From Squalus acanthias (lineage: Eukaryota), in the NCBI GenBank assembly GCA_030390025.1, contig CM059438.1, forward strand, positions 15,562,001 to 15,626,000: a DNA stretch of 64,000 nucleotides, written 5' to 3'. How positions within the stretch are numbered: the first letter of the stretch is position 1; each line of letters starts with the position of its first letter. Made by a program: the position numbers and the translations under genes. The notes beneath the pieces are model-generated. The model did no database searches. It had not been told where the DNA came from and saw nothing but the letters and a program-made list of their open reading frames with translations. Of this stretch, positions 37,101-52,100 are shown piece by piece.

Positions 37101-40100
37101 TCTAATTAGTCATAATGTGTCTGTTCTGCCAAATGTAAATGGCAGCAGATTATTGTTACTGGAAAGTTTAAGTAATATAAACTCTTCATAGTTAACATTT
37201 AACTTTTTAAAAAGAAACAAATTGGATAAATTGACGAATTGAAGAAAAACCTCATCAGGCTTTTTCAATTTTTAAATTCAAATTCAATTTTAAAATCTAC
37301 ATTTTATCTGGAAAAATAGAGAGAAAATTCATCAATCCCACACTCCCAGTCGCACTCAAAGGGAATGTGGATCAGATAATCAGCCTTACAGTATTGCAGA
37401 ACCATCTTTCACCTGTACTCTCTGAGTATGGCTTCCCACTGGAAGCATGGGATTGATGAATTTGCTAAAGTATGGAAAACTTTTTTTTTTAAATTCCCTC
37501 TCCCCCAACATACACTGTTCCCTAGTGCCAGCATTCTGTTGGTGGACGCAGGGCACACCAACTACTTACCCATTAACCACCCTGCTGTTGGATACAGTGT
37601 TGACCTTTCAGTAATAAAGGATTTTTTTTCCATTTTTGATAAACCAGCCTTTTTCCAAGCAACTAAAAACTGTATTCTGTACCACAATAGTAATTGATTT
37701 ATACCACAATAAAGAATTACATATGTTAGCAGCACAACATAAAATAGCAGATTTTATCTTATTTAATTAATGGATTGGTGTGGAAATATTGGAAGCCTCA
37801 AAGGATTTTCCACCAGGGGGCACTAGCAACCTGTTAGATCGGCATTGGAAAGCTGTTTCCTGTCCTGACATCTCTAAGACAGCGTTAGCAGGGCAACCAG
37901 ACAATCTTACATTTACACTCAGACATCTATTCATGAAAGCTTCATTAGTTCAGATACTGCTGCAGGAAAACACTTTGACCTCTTACTAAGCTTGCAACTA
38001 GAATTTTTTTTAGTATTATTATGAACTAAATCAAATAAAAATAGTTGCTCTAAGCAATACCAGGTGTGCTCCAAGCGTAACATAGCAGCAGTGTTACACC
38101 TCACGGCTAGATTGAACACAGAAGCCTTTTGACTATTACTCATGACCAGAAGAACTCCTCATGAATCACTGAGCTACATCTTTGGTTAGTTCTGAAATTG
38201 GCTGACAGGACTTTTTTTTTAAATTTGGAAACCAAGGCCCATAGTACAGGACACCACTAAGGCTGAAAAAAGAGATGAAGTAAATCAGCAGGCAGTGATG
38301 AGGGGATATGAAGCCTGAAGGTTGTAAGCGGAAAGAGGTACTGAGGGAAGTATGGATTTCCACAGTTTTGCGATCCTGAGAAAAATTGAGTTTGATTTGG
38401 AGACTCCAATGAGTCTTGATTTCAACAAAGTGCTGATGTAGGGAAGAGCCACCAACTGCAGCACAGATAGGAAAATTTAAGAGTAAACTAAAGGGTAAAT
38501 TAACCAATCCGGTGCTCTACCTGCGGGGAGTTGATTCAAAGGGACTGTGGTTAGAGAGTCAGCACTACAGCCTTGTCTCCAACCCACAAGTGTGATTCCC
38601 TGCTGGGAGTTTGGGGTTGGAAAATATAATATTAGATAGCCATGAACATACCTTGGGTGCGAGGGCAAATAGCAGTAACTTGTTTCGAGTGGCACTGTGC
38701 CAGATCTTGTCAGAAGTTTTGGAGAGGCCCAAGACAAGGACAGATGGTTCACCAAATTGTTGAAGAACAGAATATCTTCGTCAACAAGATTACCAACAGA
38801 ACAGCTATGTTATAAGCCATATTGGCGTTTATTGATTAGGCCAGAATTTTCAAGCTGATGGGTAAGTTGGCAATTCAGAACAGCTTCCATCATCTTAGAA
38901 AGTACTGTTGCAAGGGCGATAGGGTGGTAGTTAGAAGGTTAAGGAGGATCACCTTTCTTTGTAATAGGTGAATATAAGCAAATTTCTAAGGACAAGGAAA
39001 TGAACTAGGAGAAGATAGGGTAAATGCAGAGGCACAGATCTAGAGAACACAGGGACAGACACCATCAGGACTAGACGTGTTAATGGAGGTCAGAGAGCAG
39101 AGGGTTTGCCAGGCTTGGCAGGAATAAGATGATGATAGTCAAAATGGACAAATAGAATAGCACGATGGAGTGGGCATAATGAGATATAAGCAACATCTTT
39201 CAGAGGTGGTTCATTGTTTCTTGTTAGATTAAATAAGTACACTTACATTAACGGGTAAGCTCATTGATCCTGCGCCCCCAATGAGGAACCATGTTCAAAG
39301 AAACTGTGGATTGGAGATAGGGCTGCAACACTGTATCATTGATTTTCCAATCTGCATTCCCTTCGAATGTATCTCCTCGCTGTGAGCCTGGGGGTTTTCT
39401 CTTAAATGAAAAATGCCCTCACACTAGCCAACATCTTAAAGTAATCATTATTGTGCTTTGTGTAAAAAATTTCTATGTCAGCTGAAATTTTTAAAAAGAA
39501 TTCTACATGTTACGCTGTACAAAATTAATGGCTATGTTCAATTAAATTAAGACAGAGTACGTAAATCACATGTGCTAACTAAAGTGAGTAATGAGGCTTG
39601 CAGACAGCAGTGTAGGAATTACTTCTAAATCTAATATATAAGCCATACTGAATAGCAGGTCCTTCAATATGAGGTCTCATATAAATTTCACCTTAAATGT
39701 GCTGCAGTTCTTTCCATAATGGCTTATCATATTTTCTATTACAACTAACCAATTATAAAATATTTAATATGATGATTTAGTCGCAAAACAGTGTGGTGAC
39801 TTTATGCCAAAGAAATATGATTTTTATTTGTAATGAAGAAATGTCACTAATGCTACACTGATTAGCAGAGGGTGCTGAAAGCCTACAGCAGGCTGGTAGG
39901 AAAGCCCAGTCTATTTCAGACACAGTAACACGTGCTGGGTTCCCCCTGGTTGCCACTCTAGACGCAGCTACAATGGCAGCACAACTCAAGACAGGCGTGG
40001 AAATCATCAAGTCATCCAAGTTCCCAGCTGCCCAGGCTCCAGATCCCGATCAAACTTCTGAGGTGGAGACTGACTACTGGCCAGGTCCGGGTACCATAGG

Positions 40101-43100
40101 TATGATGAAAAGCCTGACAAATGGGCCTTGCAGTTCGTTAATTTTTTTTTAAACTTTCTATTTTCTCAGGTCAAAGATAATAATGTAAGTTTGTCAGGAT
40201 AACCTTGCCAAAACTAAAATCTTAAAGGTGACTTTTCCAGCATTTTAAAATTTCTCTTTTTTTTTGATAATACAGTACTACTAATAATTTAAAAAAGATA
40301 TACTCTAAATAAAAAAATAACGAATCTCAATTCACATGACTTAGCAAACAGGGTTTTCTGTTGCGACCAGCGTTTTCATTGATACATTGTCATATGTCAT
40401 GAAGTCATATTGTGCAGGTAGAAGATGAAGACTCCAGTGCAGCACCATTTAAATTCTTATTTAACTGGATTTCATTGAAACTGACTAGCTGAAGTAGATG
40501 TCTATCGCAAGAAGTAGCCAGAAATGTTCTTAACGGAAAGTGCCACTCTTAATTATCCTGGAGGCTGAATCAGACAATGGCAGCCATTCTTTCGTTTGGC
40601 ACTCCATTTAGCAGCTAGGCCGAGCACTGTCAACTCTCTCCAATGAGATGGTGAGTTCAAGTGACAAGCAGCCTTGGAACTCAAACTGCTTTCTCTTGAG
40701 ATGGGAGTCAACATTTCAGCAGCTATAGTTGTCCAATTTATAGTTTAGCTGGACCCAGTACACCTTGTATGCTAAAGGCGTACAAGCAGTGCTATTAATC
40801 AAAAACTCTACAATTGCATTGGCCAGGTACCATTGAGGTTAAGCTGATCACTTCACAGTGGCACACTTTGAGACCTAACAACCACACCTAAAATCAATTC
40901 CCGCAGAGCTACTAGGTGAGATTTTTTGTTGGAATGGCGTGTCTCAATTCAAGAAGTAAAATGCATTTTCTTGAAAATCCAGGAGGTGGAAGGTCATTGG
41001 GAGGGTAGCCTTTGACTGTTTATGTTGGTGCAGGCCCAGGTGACGCTGCAGCACTGAGACATGGTGTTCAGCAGTTCACTGCAAGCCTCCTGCAGGATGT
41101 AGTGTTGCTGTCAACCCTTCCTTTAAACTCCTGGCTTAAAGGGGCATTCTGTTCATAAAGCAATGCGTGACAGATCTATTTTTCATTTATGTGCAGACGA
41201 TGCAAGAATATAACTCATATTGGAACGCATCATTTGCATCTAATGTCATTACATTGAAAATGGTGTGCGGTTCTTCCGACTTATCTATCTTTGCATCTAT
41301 GAAAAAATAAGATTTGTCAAACAGTGTTTCTCTGTGATAACACTGTCCTTTTAAATATATCAGTTTGAGGGCTAGCCTTCCGTCCTCTAATGTCCTTTGG
41401 TGTTTCTCCTTACTAGGTGAACACCTGTTGAAACTCCCATCAGGAATACTGTCACAAACAGATCATCTTAAAAGTAGAAGCATCTCAGATTTCTCATTCT
41501 CATTGTAGATGGCTTCAGTTATCTAGGCTCTGCAAGTATTTAGATGGTCTGCACTGTGGATTGATTTAAAGGTTTTTAATATTGGAACTTAAATCAATTA
41601 ATGTCTGTAAAATTGGTCTTCCAGATCATAGTGTACTGTCCCCAAAGTTTTCTTTTCAAAAGTCTCCAACAATCTGGTTGACTGTTTCCGTACATCACCA
41701 TCACTGTGAGTCTGTCTGGTGCCAGTCAGTTGACCTAATATAATGTTTCATGTGTCAATGCACTTTGTTTTTCTTTGTTTTTTGGAGGAGTTTAACAGTT
41801 TTTCCCCCAACTTCCTTCAAACCACTGATTTCCTTCATAAAATATGACAGCAGTCTCTCTCCAGTCCGATTAATGTGGTTGGAAAAAGAGACTGGTGAAG
41901 TTTATATAAAACACAAGCCATGTTTTATCTTGGCCCAAAACTCTTTACTGAGTCTTTAGTACAGACTAAAACAATTCTATTTTAGATTTTAGCTCAGATT
42001 TTTGAAGCAGAATTATGGTAGGAAAAAGGAAGGTTCTGCCACCCAGCCATCCTCCAAATTCATGAACTGTTTCAGATGTGTTCTGTGACTTTAGAACAAA
42101 AATTTTGTGTTTTACTTTTTTTTCCATCACCATTAACAAACAGTTTGCTGAATGGACACCCAAAGTTGTTATTCACTGCTCTTTACACACCTGAGAATAT
42201 TGTATTTGACTCATCCTGACCCACATTGGCTTCAAACCTGTGCAGCAGCTAAAACACAGTAATTCAGCACGGTGAGAGGTGTTTTGGTGAGTCGATTGCA
42301 AATTCATCACAAATCACTTGGCCAATATTCTAACTGCACATGCCACTAAATAGCATGTTGAGTTTTTTTTTGGTTGGGGGGGTGGTGGGGTTATAAATTC
42401 CTGGTGATTTTTGCCCCTAACTTTGAAGCCCTGAAGAAATCAGGAAAACACAAGATGTTTCCAGGTATGTTTGTTTAGGTTTAGTGTATTTTGGATCATA
42501 AAGGGCGTTTGTTCCTTAAATTAGGGTCACTGTGTGGACAATTCTACCTCCCCATTTATGCTGGAAGATGGGTGGTAGGCAAACAAAAATGTTACAAACA
42601 TAAGTATGCCCATTGGCCGCCTGAGGCAAGCATGACTCAATTAATGGGTAGCCAGCGCTCTCAACTGGATCAGACAGAAGCCTTATTTAAATTGTGGTCC
42701 TACGCCCATCATAGGACCTTGATCCAGTTTTCATGGACTAATGGGTGGGCATGCCCGCACATGTCCTGTCCATTAGTCCCTGGCATTGAGCAGCCTAACC
42801 AGTGGTCCTTAAAGGGACCACTGCAGGTCACTCCAAGAATGGGCCAATTTTCTTTTCTACTTTTATTCTTGTGACACCAGGAGGAAGACTCCTACTCCTT
42901 CTGGCCCCACAAAAATACTCTGGCCTGCTGTCGGGCTCTGTGTTTCTTGATTGGGAGAAAAAGTTATTAAAATCCGTTGAACTAGTTCCTCTCTAAAATC
43001 TGGTCAAATAGTCCTCTCAAAGGATCTTCTCAATTGCGGCTAAGCCATCAAGATGATTGTGGGCTTCATCCCTCTACAAAGCCTGCATCCCCGTCAATAT

Positions 43101-46100
43101 ATATTATTACAATCCTCTGAAGCTGTATTTTGTGACTACCAGGAACAGACAGGAGGAGAGGGACTGAGCGAGAAGAAGAGGATGAGGAAAAACTCAGACG
43201 TAGACAACTCCAGGAGGAGCAACTCAGCAAAGTATGACCGACTCGTGATATCTAGAGCTGTTAGAATGTGCTATTAAAAGAATGGTATTTTTATCTCCTA
43301 AATTTACCATTCATAACATTGACGAGGTTAAAGAAACAAGCAAATCTATAACAGTTACTCTACTGTTTCATGACTGGTGCAGTATCAATAATTAGTTTGT
43401 GTGTGCGTGTTTGTTTTGTGTGTCTTGTTCATTGGTATTGGGCTGATGTAAAGAGGAGGCTGAGGCAATTCTGTCTGACTTTCAGCCTACCTTTCAGATT
43501 TGTATGTATTATTTTTGAATTTTTTGGTTTATCTATTTATTTTTCTTTAAACAATCTGCTGTCAGTTGCATTTTTCCCTTCCTGTGGTTCAGTTTAATAT
43601 TTGTTGCATCATCTCTGTGATGTCATCAATGTACCTTTAATGAAAATGTACTAGTAAACCTCAGGATGTCCCAAAGCACTTTTCCAGCCCCATCTGCCCT
43701 CTCAGGTGGACATAAACGATCCCATGGCACTGTTCAAAGAAGAGCTGGGGAGTTCTCCAGGTGTACCTGGTCAACACTGATCCCTCAACCAACACCTAAA
43801 ACAGATGATCTGGTTATTTATTTCATTACTGTTTGTGGGACCTTGTGCACAAATTGGCTGCCACGTTTCCTACATTACAACAGTTGCTACACCTCAAAAG
43901 TACTTCTTTAGCTGTAAAGCGCTTTGAGATGTCCTGAGGTTGTGAAAGACGCTATACAAATGCAAGTCTTTCTTTTTTTCCCCCTTTCGTTTAAGCATTC
44001 CGCAGCACAATTAAGAATCTAATAAGACAGGCCGCTTTACACAGACTGCTACCAGTCAAAGTTGCTGATGTTCTCCTTTCGTATTGCTTGGGTTAATGGA
44101 AAGGAAATGATTCTTAATCAAAATAGCATTGTTTGTCTTGTATTCCTGCCCACAACATACCACTGCTCATGTTTGTACTCTGCTTGGTTGAAACAGTTCA
44201 AAGTAAATTATGTTCCAAAGGGGACATTGTCCACCGGGAAAATCGAGCAATGTTTAGCTAAACTCAGCGCAATAATTCCTCCTTACTGAAGCTGCATTAG
44301 TTGCTATTCAGAAATATTGGTTTATTTATTTCTGTAATTATCTATTGTAATTGAACAGATCCAGTCAGGCCTTGGGAAGCTGATCCTGAAGGAAGAGCTG
44401 GAAAAGGAGAAGCAAGCACGCTTGGCCTCTCACACTCTCTCTGCAAACCCTCAATTCAGACATCGTTATGATTCAGCAGGGAATGCATGTAAGAATCGAA
44501 ATCTTTCATTAAACGTGTGAGATGGATGGCTTCTTTATCAATTCTTCATTCTTTGGCGTGGGTCTCTGCACAGCTGGACTGTTTTTGTGTTACCTTCTGC
44601 CGAGCTTCACTACATTACAAGGTTGCCTTTTTATATACTTCATATTGTGATGTTTTATGTAGTTCCAAGCAATTTGGTCTACGTAAAACACTTTCTGATG
44701 ATCAATATATGTAGTGGAATATTTTTAATTAGATATAATTCAATGCATCAGAAGTATGTGGATTGTTGGGATCTTTTGATTAGTTGCATAGACATTATTA
44801 GAAATTGATTTAGAGGTTGTAGCAGCCAGTAACAGGATTTCCCAAAATTAAAAATGGCCTTTGATAATCAGTGAATCACTGCTGAATAATGTTAGCTCCA
44901 TGTTAGAAAACAATCTCCAGTGGTGGATGGGCTTTGTGCTGTTTTCAGTGAGATGATGATCTATCCCAGTCTGTCTGGAGGAGACATCAAAGTGAAGGCT
45001 AGCCACATTGCACAGGAAGACACTGAGGCAGAAGGAGAATCACCCCAAGCCACCCTCTGGAACATTAGTATTGACAGGAACTTTGGGAGCAGGTTGCCTG
45101 TCCACCCTTTTGACAATAGACTGGTAGGTGCGAAAGAGCCTGAAAAAATAGGGAAGGAGACAGTTGCTCCATCCTGCACTTAGCCATGACCTGGCAACTT
45201 ATTCTGTGTGTCTGCTGATGTTCAATGCATAAATTAAAGCTTCCCTAAGGCTTTGTGGACTAGGTTGAGAGTATCTAACGTAGCAGCAGTCATAACATCG
45301 AGCATTACTTTCCCAAACACTAATCTTCTTGAACGCTTCCACGTTGCCTTTTTGAAAATCACTGATAATTAAGAATTTACTGAGACTGCTATTGTGATGG
45401 GAGATCTGGTAAAAGGCTTTTATGAAGCATTACAACCCCGCTGAAGGAAATCCAAAGTGTTAAGCCTCTAATTCTAATGAAAAGTCTTTGATTCATAAAA
45501 CAGGCACTCAGAGTGCTCCAGGGTGTGTTTTCTCTGTTCACAGTTTAATATAATGCAATCACTGAGCGCTTTCGTTTATTGCTTTAAGCCTGTAATCCCT
45601 GAATCTAAATACAATGAAAATTATCCCCGCACTAAAGGAATGGGTGCTGCTGACTTCATTTTTACTCACCAAAAGGCGGTTGTACTTTTTTATATATAAC
45701 AATACAAATCATAAGATGGCAGCCCTAACTTCAATTCTGCCTTTAGATTATATGTATTGTACTCTGATGGAAATAAACAGTAGCAGCATGGGGAAAAGAC
45801 ACTGTGATCAATAAGGAACAGAATTCTTTAATACCTAAGTTTCATGCTTCAGCCCAATCTTCAAAAGATTTCCGTTGAATTTCTATCCACCCTCCAAAAT
45901 AGTTTACTGTTAACATGGGAACTAAGCAGAAATCTTTCAGAGTTGGAACATTGGAGCCCAGGAATAGAATCTACTGTTAAGGTAATCAATAAATCTATGA
46001 GATCATTTACCTTTGAAGTAAGGAATTTTAATACCGAAACCAGCTCAGTAAAAATGTTTTAGAGGGCATCTTCATTTGTTCTTTTGTTGGAGTCGGTATT

Positions 46101-49100
46101 GTTTTGATGATGTTTGCTCCTCTAGGATTCCATGACCTCTTCTGCAGCAACTTGGTTTGTTTGAGCTGTACATAGTCCCGTGCTTAACTGGCCAACCATG
46201 TTTTTATTATAGGAAATCAACAGTGATTACACTGAAAAGGTTATTTGGCCAATTTTCCTGTCCTCCAGTCGCCTCAGTATAAGCCAGGTGGTGCATTAGA
46301 GAAACATAGAAACATAGAAAAATAGGAGCAGGAGTAGGCCATTCGGCCCTTCGAGCCTGCTCCGCCATTCAATATGATCATGGCTGATCCTCTATCTCAA
46401 TACCATATTCCCGCTCTCTCCCCATACCCCTTGATGCCTTTTGTGTCTAGATTGTGTCATTGATTTGCAGGCACCTAACCTGACCTCCAGTGAACCTGAC
46501 TGTTTTTCCAGGTTCAGCTAAGTTGAATGTAGTGGGCAGGTGCCAGGTAGGACTACTGCCTTGGATTGGGTGCTTGCGTCAAAGTGGGGCGGAAAATTGT
46601 GTGCAGGTCCAGGCCAAGCCCAGGTGCTGACTGATTCTGACAGCGGCAAAATCATCTCCGTCCACACAATACACAATTACTGTGCCAAATAATTTATAAA
46701 AGTAACACTTACCTTAGCTAAATGGAAGTTTCGGGATGACACTTTACAGATCTTTCAATCTGAAGGCAAAGCCCCATAACTCCAACTAATTAATGCTATT
46801 ATGATTCCTACGTAAAACTGTGGGGAATAAGCTTCAAATAGACTTGACTATGGATACAAAGCATTCACTTCTCAGAGATAATTCATCCTCAGTCTCTATG
46901 TGCATCCATATATCATACAAAGCACCACATTACTGCTATTACTGTCATTTAAAATATATCCATTATTAATTGTCCACTTCCTTTACTTGGAAATTGGAAT
47001 GCTGCTCTAGAGTTAGTAATGTGGAGTATTAGCTTAAATGTATTATTTTTGTTACCTCCCTGTTGACCTTTTGAGGTTCTAATGTAGATTTTACTTTTCT
47101 CCCCTTCAGCCCTGCATGCCTCTGCCTCCAAAACTTCCTCCCTCCCTGGTTACGGAAGAAATGGGCTACACAGGGTAAGACAAGACCAGCATGCACCAAA
47201 CTCTGTGTAAATGGCAAGGCAGCAATGATATCAGCTGGCATTCCTTGTTTCTGACTAAACCGTTTCCTTCACCTTTCCTTTACCTTTAAAATTGTAACCC
47301 CTAACTCTGGAGTTTCATATGTACCAGCTTGGAATAATTGGCATCAAGTTGTCCGAAGCATGTCTTAAATTTGCAATTGCATGGCTGCTAAAGGATGGAT
47401 TGTTTCGTCAAGTTTTAGAAAAATTAAGTTGACAGTGTTTTGTGCACACATACTACTACTGCTCATGAAACAAAGTTATTAGAGTGTTGAAAAAAGATCA
47501 CTGTGATATCACAGCTACTCCTCATGTAAAAGACATTGTGCATTTTCTGTATTGGACCAATACATGTTATAGAGTGAGCTACTCAATTTGTAGAATTTGG
47601 GCTGACGGGAATGCTATAATTCTGAAGCTTATGCATTTGAGCCTATGCCTTGCTTTTGATAAAAGTCTTGGGTAGTGAGAAGTCATCTTTTATTCTAATT
47701 TATTGCTAAGAAATCAGAAGAAGGAGGAATTAATTAGCACACTGCCCTGTCACCTCTGGGACCTGTGTTTGAATGCAGCACAGACCAAGAGGATGGAAAT
47801 CCTCTCGCTGCAAGGCTGCTGCGGGAAATGTGTTGGCACAGTCAAACTGTTCCGAATTTGGTATTAATTGGCAGTCTCACTCGGAGGGGCCACAGTGATG
47901 GTTGAATTAAGAAGCGGAAATAATTGCCCGGTGCGCTCAGGAGGGTCTTCTGGGTTTTGGGTTACAGCAGATTTTTTGGGGAAAAGTAGAGGCAGCTTTA
48001 CTTTGCAGCTGTCTGTGCTGCACCCGATTCTCGGAATTTTGATACTGGGGAAGCATGCCGGGAATGTAAAGCTTTTTTTGCTCAAGTGCTAGCATTCCTC
48101 GCTTTTTATGAGCACAAAAATTCAACAAAATTGTAAGAAAAACAAAAGAAGTCCTAAGTTGAATTCTTGAAATAAGTGCATCCGAGCGACCAGTTCAGGG
48201 TTGGCCCTGCCCCATTCTAGCCGTTAGGTTCACATCACTGTCTGCTTTTTATCTGCCACTTGAAACTGAAGCCTATCTTCAGTAGAACAGTACTCCAGTC
48301 AGGGCTTTGTACATTTACAAAAAAATCCTACTTGTCCCTCAGGTCAATGCACTACTGCAATTTGCCACAGTTGGTAAAATATTGTCACAGTGCACAAAGA
48401 AAATAAAGAAATCAAATATTAAACTGGCTCTTGAACACCAATGTGTTGTTATCCTCAAATGGCATGGTCCTTAACAAAGTACCAACACATGGCAATCTTG
48501 GTGCCATGGAGTGGTGGGAGACTAGTTTGATACACCACTGCTACATTTTCAGTTTCAGCAAGGAAGGCGCTGTGGATAAGTAAAGTTTGTCTAGTCTCCA
48601 ACAAGCTGCAGTTGTCTGTCTCCTGGTGACTGACTAAAAGCAGCATTGCCAGGGGCTTGTGAGCGACCCTGTCCTCAGTGTCGCAAGGACGCACATGTGT
48701 ACCGCTCCTATTTCCAGATAGTCACGGAATGGCAATTGTTTATAGTACATTAAAAGTGGACGGAGAATAGCCCTCCTTTGCAAGCAAAGAGCTTCAGTGT
48801 TGAAGGGAATTGAGCAAGAGAGAACTGCTTTGCTTCTGAAGGAAAGTAATGAGTTAGAGGGATGAACAGATGAATTTGATGGGATGCTTCCCAATCAAAC
48901 GTTAATTATTTAACTGACCCCGTGAAATAAATTACATATAATAAGAAAACCCATGATATGAGCACGTTCAAGTGACTTGTGTCAGAATGAGAAAACCTCA
49001 AGACTATGAATATATAATTAAAGGATTACTGAAAAGTTTGTCATTAATGTATTGACATCACATCACGCATGAATAATAATTGCAGTGCCTTATTCTTGGG

Positions 49101-52100
49101 TAGAGTGTAAAATGCTTTGTGCAGTTATTGTAAATGAGGAGTAGCCTTGATATTAACGTAATGTGCCCTGGCAAGAACGGGGTAGTTCCGGGTCGGATGC
49201 CCGATTTACACCCTGCCGGATTTTCGGCTTTGTTGTAGTCACTGGAGCGCAAAATTGGACAAGGTTTAAATTGAGCATCTGGCCAAACCCGCATCTATTG
49301 TGGCCGGGCACGTTAGGTTAAAATTGGGCCTTTAAACATTTGGAAATTTTAAAACCTAGACTAAGAATAAAAATATTAGATGTGTTTCAATTTTGAATTC
49401 AAGTAAATTAGAGCTAATTGAGGACTTCTACCTTTGACAATAGCCTGAAATATTTCTATATGAATGGGAATTTTTTTTTAAATTCGAAGGGGGGAATTTT
49501 CCGGGGGGTCAGTGGGCGCAATCGGTGGCAGGCCGGGTGGGAAACTTTTTTTTTTGACAGCGGGTCTGGACCCTGCTGTCAACCTGCTGCCACGCACCTT
49601 TCCCAAATGTCGGGTCTGCCAGCGTTGAGCAGACCCGACAGGCAGTGGCGGGAGAGGCAATTGAAATCATTAATGGCTTGTTTACAGCCACTTAACAATG
49701 CATTTTTCCCAGCTTTTTGATTTTGACAGGTCGCCCACCGCTTTCCCGCTGTGCCTAGACCTCGTCAGTGAAGCTGAGGCGGGAGGTCACTATCCATTGT
49801 TTCAGCTGATGAGTTGACAGCTTCAAATACCAAGTCAAAGCTCCCAGCTGATTCAGCTAGCTTCTCTAAACTGCATTTTCACTACAGATTCAGGATGCTG
49901 CAAGTCTTTACACAAGTCTCCATCCAGTCTGACCTCATTACCTCTCCCACCATTGACAGATCACTTCTGTCATCTCTACTTCACCTGCCATCTATTCCAT
50001 CAGCATGGGTGACCTTGAAACTCTCTCACCTTAGTCCTCAGAATCCCACCACAATCAACCTGAACACCAGCATCACCAGGCACACCAGCAGCACCAACAA
50101 CAACACCAGCCTTCTCCGCAATCAACTGATGCTGCACAGGACAGAGGGCATCAGCACCCGACCACATTGCTGCCTGGGAGGCCAGGGATGGCCTCACCAT
50201 GGCCAGATTTACTTCCCTTGACGCTGTACACCCTGGCTGCCAAATGATGCGCCAGGTTGTCACCACCCCACACCAACACCATAAAGCATCCCTAAATGCC
50301 CAAGCCATTCCTTTCACACTCATCACCATTGTGGGGGGTACCGTTACGTCTCACCATTCACTGCAACTCACTAAGCCACTTCCAAATCTGTCCGAGAATG
50401 CAAAATGTTGAAAATAAAGATTTAAATGTTTGACAGCACATTAACAGAAACTTCACATGAACATTGGCTAAAACACACAAGTGCCTACCCTTGTGTGTTG
50501 TTAGTTGGTACGATTGGACTAGGATGAGGGTGAGTGTGAGGGGTGGCTAGTGAGATGGAGAAGTGATAATGTAGATAGAGAGGGATGGGTGGAGGTGCAA
50601 GGGAAGTTGGTGTGAGTAAGGATGTGCAGGAGTAGTGTAGGGAAGGTAGAGTGATGGGGATGTGATGAGTGGCACAGCAGGATGAGGTTGACTGTGGCTT
50701 TGCAGTAACGTTTCATGATCTACTGAGATCATCGAAAGGTTTGCACCACTGCAGCCTGGTCCTCCTGACGACACCCCTGCTTGTGCCCTCCTCTGCAATG
50801 TGCATAAGCATATGGAGGGAGTCATGGGAGAGCCTGGGTGCAGCCCTGCACCTCTGTGCAGTGCTTATCAGTGTTTGCAGCACCTCAATGCTGTAAAACA
50901 CTGACAGCACAAATGTCAAAAGAAAGTTGGCCATGGTCCCTTTAAGGAAACCGGTTGATGACGCGTCATCAAATGACATCATCAGACCCGCTTCCTTCAA
51001 TTGGCCGGGAAACGTGCTGGGTGGGGCTTAACAAGCCCACTCAGTGGAAAATCATTCTACACAGTGGGCTGGAGCCAGCAGCGAGGCCGGGACCCGCCCG
51101 AGGTTGGTAAAATCAGCTCTAAGTTAATTACAGCATTTGGTATGCTATAGCTTCATAAGCTATTAAAGCTAAATTGAATGATCAAGATGTGACCTATTGT
51201 GTTCATGCATGTGAGCAATGCTGGTAAGAATGCACCGGACATGGGTCTAATTCAGTGTTGCCCAATAGAAATCGCTGACTAGCCACAGGTGAGGTTATCG
51301 AGACATCATTTTAGCCACATACATGAATTTTAGTAGAAAATGTCATACACACAATACAGGTCAATGTACTTTACGTGTATACTTAGTTAAAAAACATCTA
51401 CCACTATTTAGTGCAAAACTTTGTACTCTTCTCTTTCACCAAAGTTTGGAATTCTGTCATGAATTCATCAGACACAGCATAACAGTGCAGCTTCTAGGTT
51501 TTTGTTCAGCAGTTGCGAGTGGTACTTCGACTTCATCAGTGATCGCCAAGAATGTTAACTCGCACAACAAGACGTGTCAGACCTGCCCCTCCCTCCACCC
51601 AGAATGTGGTTGGATGCTGCTCGCCCTTTGCCATCATGTGCTCTGTTGGAGCTGCTCGTTATTGGATGGACTTGTCTTCTGCTGGCCTAGAGCGGTTCTG
51701 CTAATTGGTCGAGCTGACCCCAGCTTCCCTCTCCATACAATGTGACTGATGTTTCCATGGTGCTGAAGTTCAGCGTTTTCGCTCATGTTACACACCATTC
51801 CAGCGGATAAACAATAAGCATTAACGAAACAAGTAAAGCGCAAACAATAAAAAAAAACACTCACTCACTCTGCTTTTCATCTTAACATTTTACCAACAAA
51901 TGCACAAAAAAAGTTAAAGTACGCACACAAATGCCGTACGAACATGAATATTGAGATCACGTGCCCAACAATGGTGTCTGTTACCATTTTTTATTCACTA
52001 ATCACAAATGCAATTAGCCACAAGTGACTAGTGGCTAATTTATTGGACAACACTGGTCTAACTACTAGTTCTACATTATTTATGTATGCATTTATGGTAG

